Source: a virus
Lineage: Duplodnaviria; Caudoviricetes
Strand: one strand, 5' to 3'
DNA: 55,828 nucleotides
Virus record (IMG/VR): IMGVR_UViG_3300025168_011824
Location: 1 to 55,828 of that record
Both the position numbers and the translations under genes were made by a program. The notes beneath the pieces were generated by a model. That model was not told the DNA's origin. It made no database searches and saw only the letters and a program-made list of their open reading frames with translations. This document shows, one piece after another, positions 40,301 through 47,009 of the stretch. Numbering within the stretch: position 1 is the stretch's first letter; each line of letters opens with the position of its first letter.

Positions 40301-40370
40301 GATTACCGACTAAACCGTCACTAAAACTGTCTAATCCACTACTAGCGTATATGTTATTACCATTTGCCAT
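31332..40370 (-). CDS. giant baseplate wedge-like protein (3012 aa)
   Basis: P2 gpI/T4 gp7-like motifs LLKNLAQMLGW and YLFKSKGTRKSIEFLLRLIG, followed by vWA-like, CBM-like and Cys-rich regions. Confidence 0.75.
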   Translation of the reverse strand: MANGNNIYASSGLDSFSDGLVGNQFTDGSSQFTLGNFGISVSVTDKQNTEFSLGNFSKPITLDTINLQNPDQTKVLANNQLKAFVNYDPQKITDFTLYGSLAERMKVATQSIVKNFPAGLSVEKVRADFLTGLTATNILYDAFDKETTLNVNVLQIKNPFAIEFTTIGNLFFTGSTDGVNEIRNFTKEFGKYSLFIGSNEYPITDITPAPSNVSGSLVISVDGNPFSATTSASTFTSKEFIIRPNTLNTEETFDELGDIEQILLNRESIPLYTAKFDMLRESNTGALIKSSKSITWPLTDKWNILIDGFSFTTYLNSLNDIAITYDSYKTNLISRFLTTGALKEFDTEDQAFEKVLQIYGRSFDEVKKYIDGLAYMTNVSYDKIHNVPDTLLKNLAQMLGWGTPNSIAQVDLMDALFSRGGKQEFAGVATNKTPSELNIELYRKILVNTAYLFKSKGTRKSIEFLLRLIGAPQGLIEFNEHVYLAGNRINVDKFNKKLDSFSGGTYTENVPVRNQYFSEVPPTQGVIPITITGYTYGVSAVTRQVTAIREEYPVGKDGYPIPPTFSKDGYFQAGAGWFERTPEHKSSRIVDEKKSVFTGDSPSVVTQFAPFTYGEKYLDYLRKFPDMNEGYDLSRTVDNKKSWVISEKRKQDESFVNLQNRVSILRGRGTKYYAHTDRQILNVKNVDLFLNIGQGLTWDVWNTSNKFGCLYGLKPLVDLNPLYPSPPVGPDWTPIQIDASKLSFFEFAESFWKIHVNVKNRQTIDDGHGGGYPTLQMVYLDYLNSKSVCGIPNNQYTYEKMLEFVDNMGDYWVRLVEQMIPATTIWQGGTKIENSAFHRYKYAYKHEPVCDDLECLGSWVECVGPRFEEVLVNGHLASNSIAFSGAGWFNKITLNGDSYTGPIYYSSTTISDIPTTDLWLNNMVNILSGITGECFSYYVFDDTTTGIPSIDNPRTIVVQGCCSGGTDMWGVNGPTPGTFLAEACLNLNGVYASIASKKTDIYAFYDTTSTPGDTMFAAKASIDTFSDSMRTTGWSGKTYHIPLFGDLAANERWLGWSSYPADGHAIRTSSIAPDTCSPCWSNAGNQYFLGNPRKFCEPENGGFAVWPDEVPNANMPPNGNFGQGSHGLWTGGSKDVIIINFVDESDTSYYTTDNAGIFNTIGATPNQGPPTPGAQGPQWGFAGAPTAEPPMGSVADWNRSGVAQPTAAYTTDFNNFMAAHATFDYFAGLMYPMTIDNLPQRMDMNLHVYGAMETGWCTGCIFTNNPTDTCFQYNLSGGTTITGHTPYREWSVQDNYTGNTVCQWTSKTGDTCSLNPGVTGFTAYTYMSPCVELLKENGTVLAAGGTLSAITTSNPYTSVSGTNVHTGYMGPGLKNFGWDWKPKGVPESCHNNERLIRNCSNSQYGIGDLGYGSPCYQGCVGYPGGSPNIYRGQLSCNDHTHTEYNQRVGSPCTGPWTSPGAPNGIFLSVNESEFFTGDEFNNDLLEFLKGDTTLSIGDFEYCEAICTQPCEPKNYNQWYVDESYNLGQIVQYGRECYKSLISGNTAQPTIGAITNYTGNTICGFFSGSGYTQTWENLSISPLSFDGGNNFRPREDCTDLVEIPDVPQFSGTGFTTNPVVFKDGIYNIGGKDCFDSSYRVGDDFLDPCNCDTTVMSADTQLFGVFADGVEDRKSVNPGTSSLLFFNSDTKVCCGADTKNAGQSYLLEPYYYEWVASACTYEVKMCAITEPFNWSICNMQDSFSGAVAYRCWSPCDIGLLESTGRPATPSVISNTSYPWIRPNGPYGGGHSRYLDMGNTMGGASTRSSTVMNSPGNLNRCICKNSDWKSVMYDAMNGLSMLFPDSINDFKIDGTARVQTSMPYITKSLKQQVIGKIKADTIGMVTPCCIGDKMEIINHIYSDSTYLGMRKWEIELSETTELYLYRMHRETLDRCFLRIPKEYVTFSSYNSSLDNPTMDLLNPLVATNTEIVIELAPSKTKDFFGLYQLSGALGATFMTHPAYWGNSSSGDLMTFQDLENIFTNFSLDGNRKYGYQIEINLICNGLPADAIEFNDTIVDYGGINTIDNDIPSGKPCPTNVLAPILELKPLDGTKTEIKNEISSLMNSSLTQLAGEGGLLEFNYQQYFNRYHPSVDTEDYEIVDGNIYAVLNDAPYKSGIELPYNHSSINVIVDTTTKIATRTSLMYTDNQGYEKVKLNWFSTIVQAYPNHTTQVFFRNQAVRDGFEYSLTSKQIGNVESYSLYNPSYTTTLGAGNDERSSSKTQVVPSLATELNFSLSAATVGTNTPTNSFHQNFVKYKNLNDWVERSLGNDVFSNSYANYRRDGKLDYFEIRKDYTTALGIDENGNNLYTPLQSLNVEMLATTYGDWKTFRTQHNQLSGLTTQYTGYTNLGIYNSGSTNNTLNSDLTFDLVYNFSGFTGTTVIPMNGPTASGAILQGAQNTINAACVKPEVLSDNGGPLYKQVNIDNDYIHYKILTTGEYRFQYQGALTFDYYDTGWCEYLRNYYKIYTNYSYPSNDYHYKNLVNSSILYAGGGIDVTTQEGYDSNPFTNISPYFRVTPSFGFSQYRGIDHLKADIWIERKLSGSTSAITLTQYVVGNNPQVCPTADKFLTLDVTPGDLISDTYNISGTTCGYPVVSGQVGHVFSKICDVNLDTKCIKLNAGDEIRLKHSVNWSSSTKLSGTTSLNLRLGTKTINDETRYPWYRVTVDACNTKKQSVGLVWDVDNYGPDLVWWNKGVKYKGKERGSLFVTTMFENEPLIYSPPINNKKDIFNLTYLDVSKKYRGKFELGIAKGQSSRWNETLLNGGFTDALQPYGTKPFTYNGMTTYWTMPRFEQFVGETPAFPNYQHTYLVETIFQIKGTSNKFSHMVYYKDNPDTTINYFNGTTLFGNPGAVGTGRDYIVQNRNQTERKMYFSLSDLIIDGEPITIRTNEYNLYNSVEAQEEYTSICECRVKNEGKVIADKKLNCKNNKLCGRKCQEFCKAVRPNQLMVGKLKSLGINTPIGRNTIAGNNRY

Positions 40371-40373
40371 ATA

Positions 40374-41279
40374 CTATTCTATGTTGCTAAATGCTTTACT
40401 AAAGTCTATATTATTTCCTTTGTCTTTTCTTACTTCATATAATGGTGTACCAAATTGGTCACGTTTTTCATATAGTGTATATTGTTTATAAATGTTATTG
40501 TTAGCATCGTATAATGTGTAAATTCCATCACTTAATGACTTACTTTGATTGCCGTACAATGCAATACCTAAACTTTCTACATCATAATCTACCATCTCAA
40601 TATCTAAAGTAATCGGGTTAAAATATGTGTTAGTTATTATGACACTTTGGTCTGGTTGTCCAATATATGGTAAAGCACTAGGTTTATTAGTAGGTGCTGA
40701 AGTAGGAGTTAATGTACAAAACAATAAGTTACTTCCTCCATTAACATATCTATATCTAATAGCTTTTTGACTACTGTTAGTTAAATTTTGGGTTACTGGT
40801 TCACAGAAAAATGATGAAGTAACTATCCTGTAAAAATTTGGTATTTTTGTTCCGTCTGAATTTAGGTATTCTATTCTAAATCCTACTAACCCATTATTAA
40901 CAAATCTATTTCTAAATTTACTATCGACGTTATTTAAATCAAAAACCAATCCTTTGACATTAGGTAAAGACGATAATACACCACAATCTGTAATACTGGT
41001 TCTTATTTCTATAGGTTTTAAATATACCGTGTAAATTCCTTTTTTATCAAACTCAGATGATGGTAATTTTAAATTATATAGTCCACCCAAAATTTCAACA
41101 TTTGCGTTACCTGAGGTATTTCCGTTATGATAGTAAGGTGCTAAAATTGCATTTGCGTCTAAGCTTTTTACAACCACACCACTATTTGCTTCCCGTGTAG
41201 GGGTATAGACCATTACAATATCAACATCTTCTGGTGATACATCAGCGGGTCTTTTTATTCCATATGCTCCTAATGCCAT
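40374..41279 (-). CDS. putative virion structural protein (301 aa)
   Basis: Beta-rich ORF inside the baseplate module. Confidence 0.7.
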   Translation of the reverse strand: MALGAYGIKRPADVSPEDVDIVMVYTPTREANSGVVVKSLDANAILAPYYHNGNTSGNANVEILGGLYNLKLPSSEFDKKGIYTVYLKPIEIRTSITDCGVLSSLPNVKGLVFDLNNVDSKFRNRFVNNGLVGFRIEYLNSDGTKIPNFYRIVTSSFFCEPVTQNLTNSSQKAIRYRYVNGGSNLLFCTLTPTSAPTNKPSALPYIGQPDQSVIITNTYFNPITLDIEMVDYDVESLGIALYGNQSKSLSDGIYTLYDANNNIYKQYTLYEKRDQFGTPLYEVRKDKGNNIDFSKAFSNIE

Positions 41280-41290
41280 TTTTTAATTTT

Positions 41291-44107
41291 TTATTCTTGT
41301 TCCTTTATTTTATAGTACCCATAAGCGTAATTTACCAATCCTCCCATAGTCTTTATCTCCCCCAATCTTTGATTTGGCTCCATAACAGACTGTTTACCTC
41401 TCTCAATAAATATTTCTGATTGTATTTCTGGTGGTTCGGAAACATTCATTAATGCTTCTTCTTTTGTAAGTGGTTCTCTACACAATAAAACAGGTGTTCC
41501 GTTTAGGTAATTAACCTCGTTTTGGAAGGGGGTGATAACGTATTCACAACTACCATCGTCAATCATTGCTAATGCGTTATAGTTCCAAGCATTAGGGTCA
41601 GTACATCCTTCAGTTGGGTATGTGCAACAACTAAAATCTGCAGGATGTGGTGATGGTAAAGGGCCTGGTGAATAAGGTCCTCCACAATCTTCTGTAGCTA
41701 AAGGATTATAATTTATTGCCTGTGGGTCCATACATCCCGGACCTGCCCCTGCAATATCATAATTACATAAACTTAAATCTGGTACCGACGCTATTTGCAT
41801 AGTAACATATGTTCCTCCATTGGCATTGACCCAATTAGTTGTGGTATTAGTTGAGGTACACATAGGTGGTCCTCCCCCAGCAATTACTGTGTAATTAGCT
41901 GGGTCAGCACAAGGGTCATAATTTTGTGCAAAAGGGTCTGGACATCCATAATCGTAAGTACATGAACCGTCCATTATATTTGCGTTTGGATTGTAATTGT
42001 TTGCTGGTATTCCTGGAAATTGGTAACCTGGGTATGGTATAGCTCCTACAACACTTAGTCCTAGACCACCATCATCTATACACCCATTAATTGGTTCCTG
42101 ACTAAAACACGCACCAGAATCTACATTAGCTAAAGGGTTAAAGTTCCATACGGCACAAGGGCCTCCACCACATGATGTCATACTACCAAAAATATCGGGA
42201 TTCCCTGAGGGGTCGTTCGTATCGTCCATACATCCGGGTATTTGATATTGACAACAATCTGCCCACCCAGCAGCATACGTCCCTAAGGCGTCTCCATTAC
42301 AATCTTGTGTACAACTTGGACAATAATTACTTGCTGGTAGAGATGTTGATGAAACAATTGTAGGACTTACGACCCCAACTGAAACAGAATATCCCGGATA
42401 AAAAGGTGTGTCTCCAGCACCACCCAAACTGGTCCACACAAAGGAAGGTGTGGCTGGTGTGTACCTATCAGGTGTAGGAACACTTACACCTCCCGTCCAT
42501 GGTGTTAACGTTCCCATCCCATTGTCGTCACATCCCGCGTCACTACAACAACAAGTGTCAGCACTATTATAATTTGTTTTATTCCATGCAAATGGATGAT
42601 TCGATAGGTTAGGACTACCATTAGAAGTTAAACTAGTACAAGGGACTGGACTACCTGGTGCAGGTTGTGTTGATGATTGCACTGTTCCACTCGCATCCGT
42701 CCAACTAAAGTTTATACTACCACCAGCCACCCATGAAACATTTTCACAAATCCATTGTTGATTTGGGTTATCCCAGTACTTGGAGTTTGCAGGGTCTGGG
42801 TTTCCTTGACAATCTAACCCTCCACCAGTAGTGGTTGAGGGGTTAAAATTAGCAAAGGATGGGTCTGGACATCCAAATTGATTGTATTTACAACACGAAT
42901 CCCAATCTTTACTTTGTGCAAATTGTGAACCGTACCATTCTCCGTTAGTGAGTGGGTTGTAATCAGATACACTACTTTTATCTCCACCCATACCCATAGT
43001 TTCACATCCAGCATATTGATACTGAACACCGTAACCGTATCCACCATATACTGCAGTTGTTTCATTTCCTAATGGACTTTTCCATGTACTAGAAGTGCCG
43101 TTCCATGTGGGTTGTACAACTGTACCAGTGTTTGGGTCTATGGTTTGAGTACCGTAACACGGATGATGTATGGGTTTTCCTTCACAATCAAAACATCCAT
43201 TATCTGGTGTAGTGACATCACCCGCAACATTAAAACCATTTAAAATAGAATTATTTGAAATACATCCTGTTGGGGATGGATTGGATGGTGGACCTAAACA
43301 CTGTCCATTTGGTGAACAGCTAGAATCTTGACATGTATCCCATACAGTTGAGGTAAGTGGACAACCGGGTGTTAGTGCATGTCCTCCTGGAATTGGAGCT
43401 GATGGTATAGATGTACCATAATCCATTGAATTTAAACATGAAGAGAGTGGGCATCCGTCGTTATTTGTAGAACCTAAAGCTAGGGGTGATATACACAATT
43501 CAATCCAAGGAAATCCTCCTTGGTTGGAGGAGTATTGCCACCCACAGGGTGTGATGCCTTTCCAGTAATTATTGGAAGAGGTAATTCCAAATAAATATCT
43601 TTCAAAAGTTACATCCAGTCGACCAGCAGCAGCCCATGAACCAGTCCCACAAGGTGAAACCCAAATTCCAGAAGGGTCTCTATATAATCCCCTATCTGGG
43701 TGTAATTGGTAAAGTCCAGCATAAATTCGTCCACATCTAGATGATTGCCCTATATTAAAATAGTATTGTCTAGTCGAGTTGGAACTCATGTATATTCCAG
43801 TACTACCACCTGGGTAATAACCACTTTGCCATGTATCTTCATGTGTGGTATATGTACTTGTCCTAAGAAACTGATAAAAAAAAGGAATCTCACCAGAATA
43901 TAAACCTGAACACATACATGAACAAGAGTCATTACCATTTTCTAAACCAGAACTTGCTGTATTTCCTCCATCATACGCATTATTATAGTTAGATACACTA
44001 AAATCACCACCAATAACTTTAGGGTAGTTATAACCCGTACCCCAAATTACCGAACCTATTTGTTCACTTCCTGATGAGTTTGTACCTGCTTGTCCTGGGC
44101 ATCCCAT
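41291..44107 (-). CDS. Cys/Pro/Gly-rich virion protein with GCxD...NYNP...DGSC repeats (938 aa)
   Basis: About 50 Cys by hand count; the C-terminal ~60 aa have ordinary globular composition. Confidence 0.75.
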   Translation of the reverse strand: MGCPGQAGTNSSGSEQIGSVIWGTGYNYPKVIGGDFSVSNYNNAYDGGNTASSGLENGNDSCSCMCSGLYSGEIPFFYQFLRTSTYTTHEDTWQSGYYPGGSTGIYMSSNSTRQYYFNIGQSSRCGRIYAGLYQLHPDRGLYRDPSGIWVSPCGTGSWAAAGRLDVTFERYLFGITSSNNYWKGITPCGWQYSSNQGGFPWIELCISPLALGSTNNDGCPLSSCLNSMDYGTSIPSAPIPGGHALTPGCPLTSTVWDTCQDSSCSPNGQCLGPPSNPSPTGCISNNSILNGFNVAGDVTTPDNGCFDCEGKPIHHPCYGTQTIDPNTGTVVQPTWNGTSSTWKSPLGNETTAVYGGYGYGVQYQYAGCETMGMGGDKSSVSDYNPLTNGEWYGSQFAQSKDWDSCCKYNQFGCPDPSFANFNPSTTTGGGLDCQGNPDPANSKYWDNPNQQWICENVSWVAGGSINFSWTDASGTVQSSTQPAPGSPVPCTSLTSNGSPNLSNHPFAWNKTNYNSADTCCCSDAGCDDNGMGTLTPWTGGVSVPTPDRYTPATPSFVWTSLGGAGDTPFYPGYSVSVGVVSPTIVSSTSLPASNYCPSCTQDCNGDALGTYAAGWADCCQYQIPGCMDDTNDPSGNPDIFGSMTSCGGGPCAVWNFNPLANVDSGACFSQEPINGCIDDGGLGLSVVGAIPYPGYQFPGIPANNYNPNANIMDGSCTYDYGCPDPFAQNYDPCADPANYTVIAGGGPPMCTSTNTTTNWVNANGGTYVTMQIASVPDLSLCNYDIAGAGPGCMDPQAINYNPLATEDCGGPYSPGPLPSPHPADFSCCTYPTEGCTDPNAWNYNALAMIDDGSCEYVITPFQNEVNYLNGTPVLLCREPLTKEEALMNVSEPPEIQSEIFIERGKQSVMEPNQRLGEIKTMGGLVNYAYGYYKIKEQE
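41545..42880 (-). repeat. about seven degenerate GC(T/M/P/I/D)D...N(Y/F)NP protein repeats
   Basis: GCPDPSFANFNP, GCDDNG, GCMDD..NFNPLANVDSGAC, GCIDD..NYNPNANIMDGSC, GCPDPFAQNYDP, GCMDPQAINYNP, GCTDPNAWNYNALAMIDDGSC. Confidence 0.85.
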
Positions 44108-44120
44108 ATTTTATATTTTA

Positions 44121-46055
44121 TTAATCATTAGTTTCCACTACTATAGATAGTTGTTTAGTACATCCCTTATCATCCAATATGGTAAAGTTGTAAAGTCCTG
44201 CTGTAGGTCCATTTATGTTTGTATAATTGCTAGGACAAAGATTGTCAAAGAAAATATTATTATATTGTCCATTTACAGGATAAATAGTTTTAGATTCTGA
44301 TGTATTATTGTTTGTAATTGTATATTGTGAACTTAATGTATTAAATCCACTTATTTCTACCACACCATCACAATCAAAACTATGAGAATTAATTCCCTTT
44401 GCGTTGGTTAGTGTTACCGTACTACATTTTTGAACATTATTTATTATTAAATTAAGATTTTGTATTTCAGTACACCCACAATTACTATTACAATCATTTA
44501 AAGTCGAGAACATATTACTCTGTGCTAATAAACTACTGTAACTAGAAACACCACTATTTTCATCTATCCAACTATTTTGAGGCATTTCACTACATACTGT
44601 GTCCACACATTCAAATAATCTTTCTAGTGGAGTTATGTTATTTACTGAGGGTATCATTGGTACCGGTAAGGGTGACATTTGTGCTTCTGGTCCCCCATAA
44701 ACTATTGCTGAACCTAAGGTAGTACTTCTTATATTACCACCACCAGCTATCCTTAATAACCCATTAGCTCGATTACATTCATCTTCTGAACAATAAATTC
44801 CTTGTCCATTTATCCCTTCATAGAATCCTGATGTCGGGTTAATAACAGCCCAAGGCCCACCACCATTACAACAACTATCTAAGCATTGTTGGTTGGTCAT
44901 ACCAACACAAGGAGGTCCACCTCCCGTTAGATAAGTGTCTATGGTCATACAAGCTGAACCTTGTGAAACCATCCAACAGTCTAGGGTTGGGAATTGTGTA
45001 GTACAGTCACAAACTTCCTCTTTTTCTTCTCTACAACAATGGTAATCTATATTATTATGGTCTAACCCCATACTCATTGCTGAATAAGCGGTTGTTCCAC
45101 CACTATAATCTATATAGTTAATGTCATTTAAAGTATAAGCCGTATACCAAGAAGAAAGGGTAGTTATTACACCTGTACCAGATAATCCAACATTTACCAC
45201 ATTTCCTACACTTGGGTATGGGTTGGTGCCGTATTGTTTTAATACATTTAGTTGACTAGTATATGAATGACCTGTAACAGCAAAAGGTGTGTTCACCCAA
45301 CTACTACTTAACGTATCATAAACATCCGGATTTCCATCACCCCAAAATATCCAGTCTTGAGTAAGGGAGTCACAACCTATTGGGTCACCTATATTAGGAG
45401 CGAGAACTGAGAAGTTCCCAAATGGGTTTGGTATGACTGGTGTGTTAAAGTATGGCACTGGAACGGTTTTAGAAATAAATGTGGTTCCCCATGGGTTTAT
45501 CTGACTTAGTGTTATGGTGTAACCAGTACTTGGTGCTGTATACATGTGACTAGCTGTTACTTGTAAGGGTGGTGTAAGTTGTCCCGTATTACCATCACCC
45601 CAATCAATATCATACGGTGCAATTCTTAAAAACTTTCTAAATTCTAAATCTGCAGTATTAAAAATAGTAATACTATTATTATTTCCTGTGTAAACAAAAT
45701 TTACTAAAACATCTCTTTGTACTGCTAACCCATCAAATGGTGTGTAGACACCAATATCGTTAAAGTCTTGAGTAAGTAAAATAGGTATTGTTATTCCGGT
45801 TAAACATGGTACTGGTGGTGGAAGAGGTGCAGTGGAGGTTAGACTTCTCCAAGAAGCACACCTATAATCATTTCTAACTTTTGCTTTCCAATATTCACAT
45901 TTACCACCATTAATAAAAAAACAATTATTACAATTCTGTTCAGTAATTGAAATATTCTTTTTTTCCGACACATAGGATTCTGGCAATTGTATTGGTATTA
46001 CATCCACTTGTCCTGGGTATAATCTTCTACTAATTTGTAAAGAATGTCTTTCCAT
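44121..46055 (-). CDS. virion protein (644 aa) with HiPIP-like N-terminal motif, PKD-like domain and Cys-rich C-half
   Basis: NCNNC..C..CASW; DIDWGDG...HMY (PKD-like); Cys clusters; SprB-like ending YNFTILDDKGC. Confidence 0.7.
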   Translation of the reverse strand: MERHSLQISRRLYPGQVDVIPIQLPESYVSEKKNISITEQNCNNCFFINGGKCEYWKAKVRNDYRCASWRSLTSTAPLPPPVPCLTGITIPILLTQDFNDIGVYTPFDGLAVQRDVLVNFVYTGNNNSITIFNTADLEFRKFLRIAPYDIDWGDGNTGQLTPPLQVTASHMYTAPSTGYTITLSQINPWGTTFISKTVPVPYFNTPVIPNPFGNFSVLAPNIGDPIGCDSLTQDWIFWGDGNPDVYDTLSSSWVNTPFAVTGHSYTSQLNVLKQYGTNPYPSVGNVVNVGLSGTGVITTLSSWYTAYTLNDINYIDYSGGTTAYSAMSMGLDHNNIDYHCCREEKEEVCDCTTQFPTLDCWMVSQGSACMTIDTYLTGGGPPCVGMTNQQCLDSCCNGGGPWAVINPTSGFYEGINGQGIYCSEDECNRANGLLRIAGGGNIRSTTLGSAIVYGGPEAQMSPLPVPMIPSVNNITPLERLFECVDTVCSEMPQNSWIDENSGVSSYSSLLAQSNMFSTLNDCNSNCGCTEIQNLNLIINNVQKCSTVTLTNAKGINSHSFDCDGVVEISGFNTLSSQYTITNNNTSESKTIYPVNGQYNNIFFDNLCPSNYTNINGPTAGLYNFTILDDKGCTKQLSIVVETND

Positions 46056-46058
46056 AGT

Positions 46059-47009
46059 TTATAACGGGTTAATATATTCCCAAAATTCTATGGGTGTATT
46101 TATGTCAGTTCCTACTCTCGTTCCAGATAAATCTTCAATCCAGTAAGTAAAATTATTCTTATCTAATTTTAACCTATAATACATATTATTAGAAGGGTCA
46201 AAACTTGTAGGATTAGGAATTGTACTAGGGTCAACATTAGTAAATCTAGAAACTTCTCCATCTCTTCCATTATAAAACTTACATGACATATAAAAAGTAT
46301 TAATGTTTAAGTAGGTACTTTCTTTTAACCAATAAAAGAAATAACCGATACTTTTATTATCCATATCAAAGTGGTATCGTGGGACTGGTACGTTTCTAGC
46401 TGTTTCCACTATTGTATTTAAACCACTTGCGTCTAATATTGGTGAGTCAGGTACATTCATGTCCAAAGCTGCCCAACCTGTTTGTACAGCTGCGGGAGTC
46501 GGAGCTACAGCCTCATTTCTACAATCCGCATCTATAGAACATAAATTTAATCGTTCACCATTTACTGGACTTATAATATTTGACATATAAAATTTCTGTC
46601 TTGTTTTTACTGGGGTATCGTGAAAATCTAACTTAAAAAAACTTTTTATTAAATCAGAAGTATTCTCCGCTAACTCTGCGTTTGTATACCCTTTAAAATT
46701 AAAACCAAATGGGTATGGTTGGAATGGTGACGCAAAGGGAAGTGTGGTTGGGTATGTTCCCGTAGAAGGTTCAAAAAAGTTAAATTGGTAAAATATGTCT
46801 GGACTTTCATCACTATTATTTAATAAAGGTGCATGCCTAAATCTAGTTACCTCAAAATCCTTAGTCGGGTTTACGAGTTGCCTAACAACATCATCCTCGT
46901 ATGTTTTTATTAAATCTTCTCTACCAGTTTCATCAAAAGTAGTACCGAATCCTAGTTGGATAACTGGGTCTTTTGTATTTATATTAAATGTAAATTTATT
47001 CACAGCCAT
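46059..47009 (-). CDS. putative virion structural protein (316 aa)
   Basis: In the baseplate operon, overlapping the upstream gene. Confidence 0.7.
   Translation of the reverse strand: MAVNKFTFNINTKDPVIQLGFGTTFDETGREDLIKTYEDDVVRQLVNPTKDFEVTRFRHAPLLNNSDESPDIFYQFNFFEPSTGTYPTTLPFASPFQPYPFGFNFKGYTNAELAENTSDLIKSFFKLDFHDTPVKTRQKFYMSNIISPVNGERLNLCSIDADCRNEAVAPTPAAVQTGWAALDMNVPDSPILDASGLNTIVETARNVPVPRYHFDMDNKSIGYFFYWLKESTYLNINTFYMSCKFYNGRDGEVSRFTNVDPSTIPNPTSFDPSNNMYYRLKLDKNNFTYWIEDLSGTRVGTDINTPIEFWEYINPL

Noticed and set aside
21816-46055. Higher GC in the tail module as evidence of horizontal transfer
   Set aside because: Explained by Gly/Pro/Thr/Cys-rich protein composition; third codon positions still look AT-rich.
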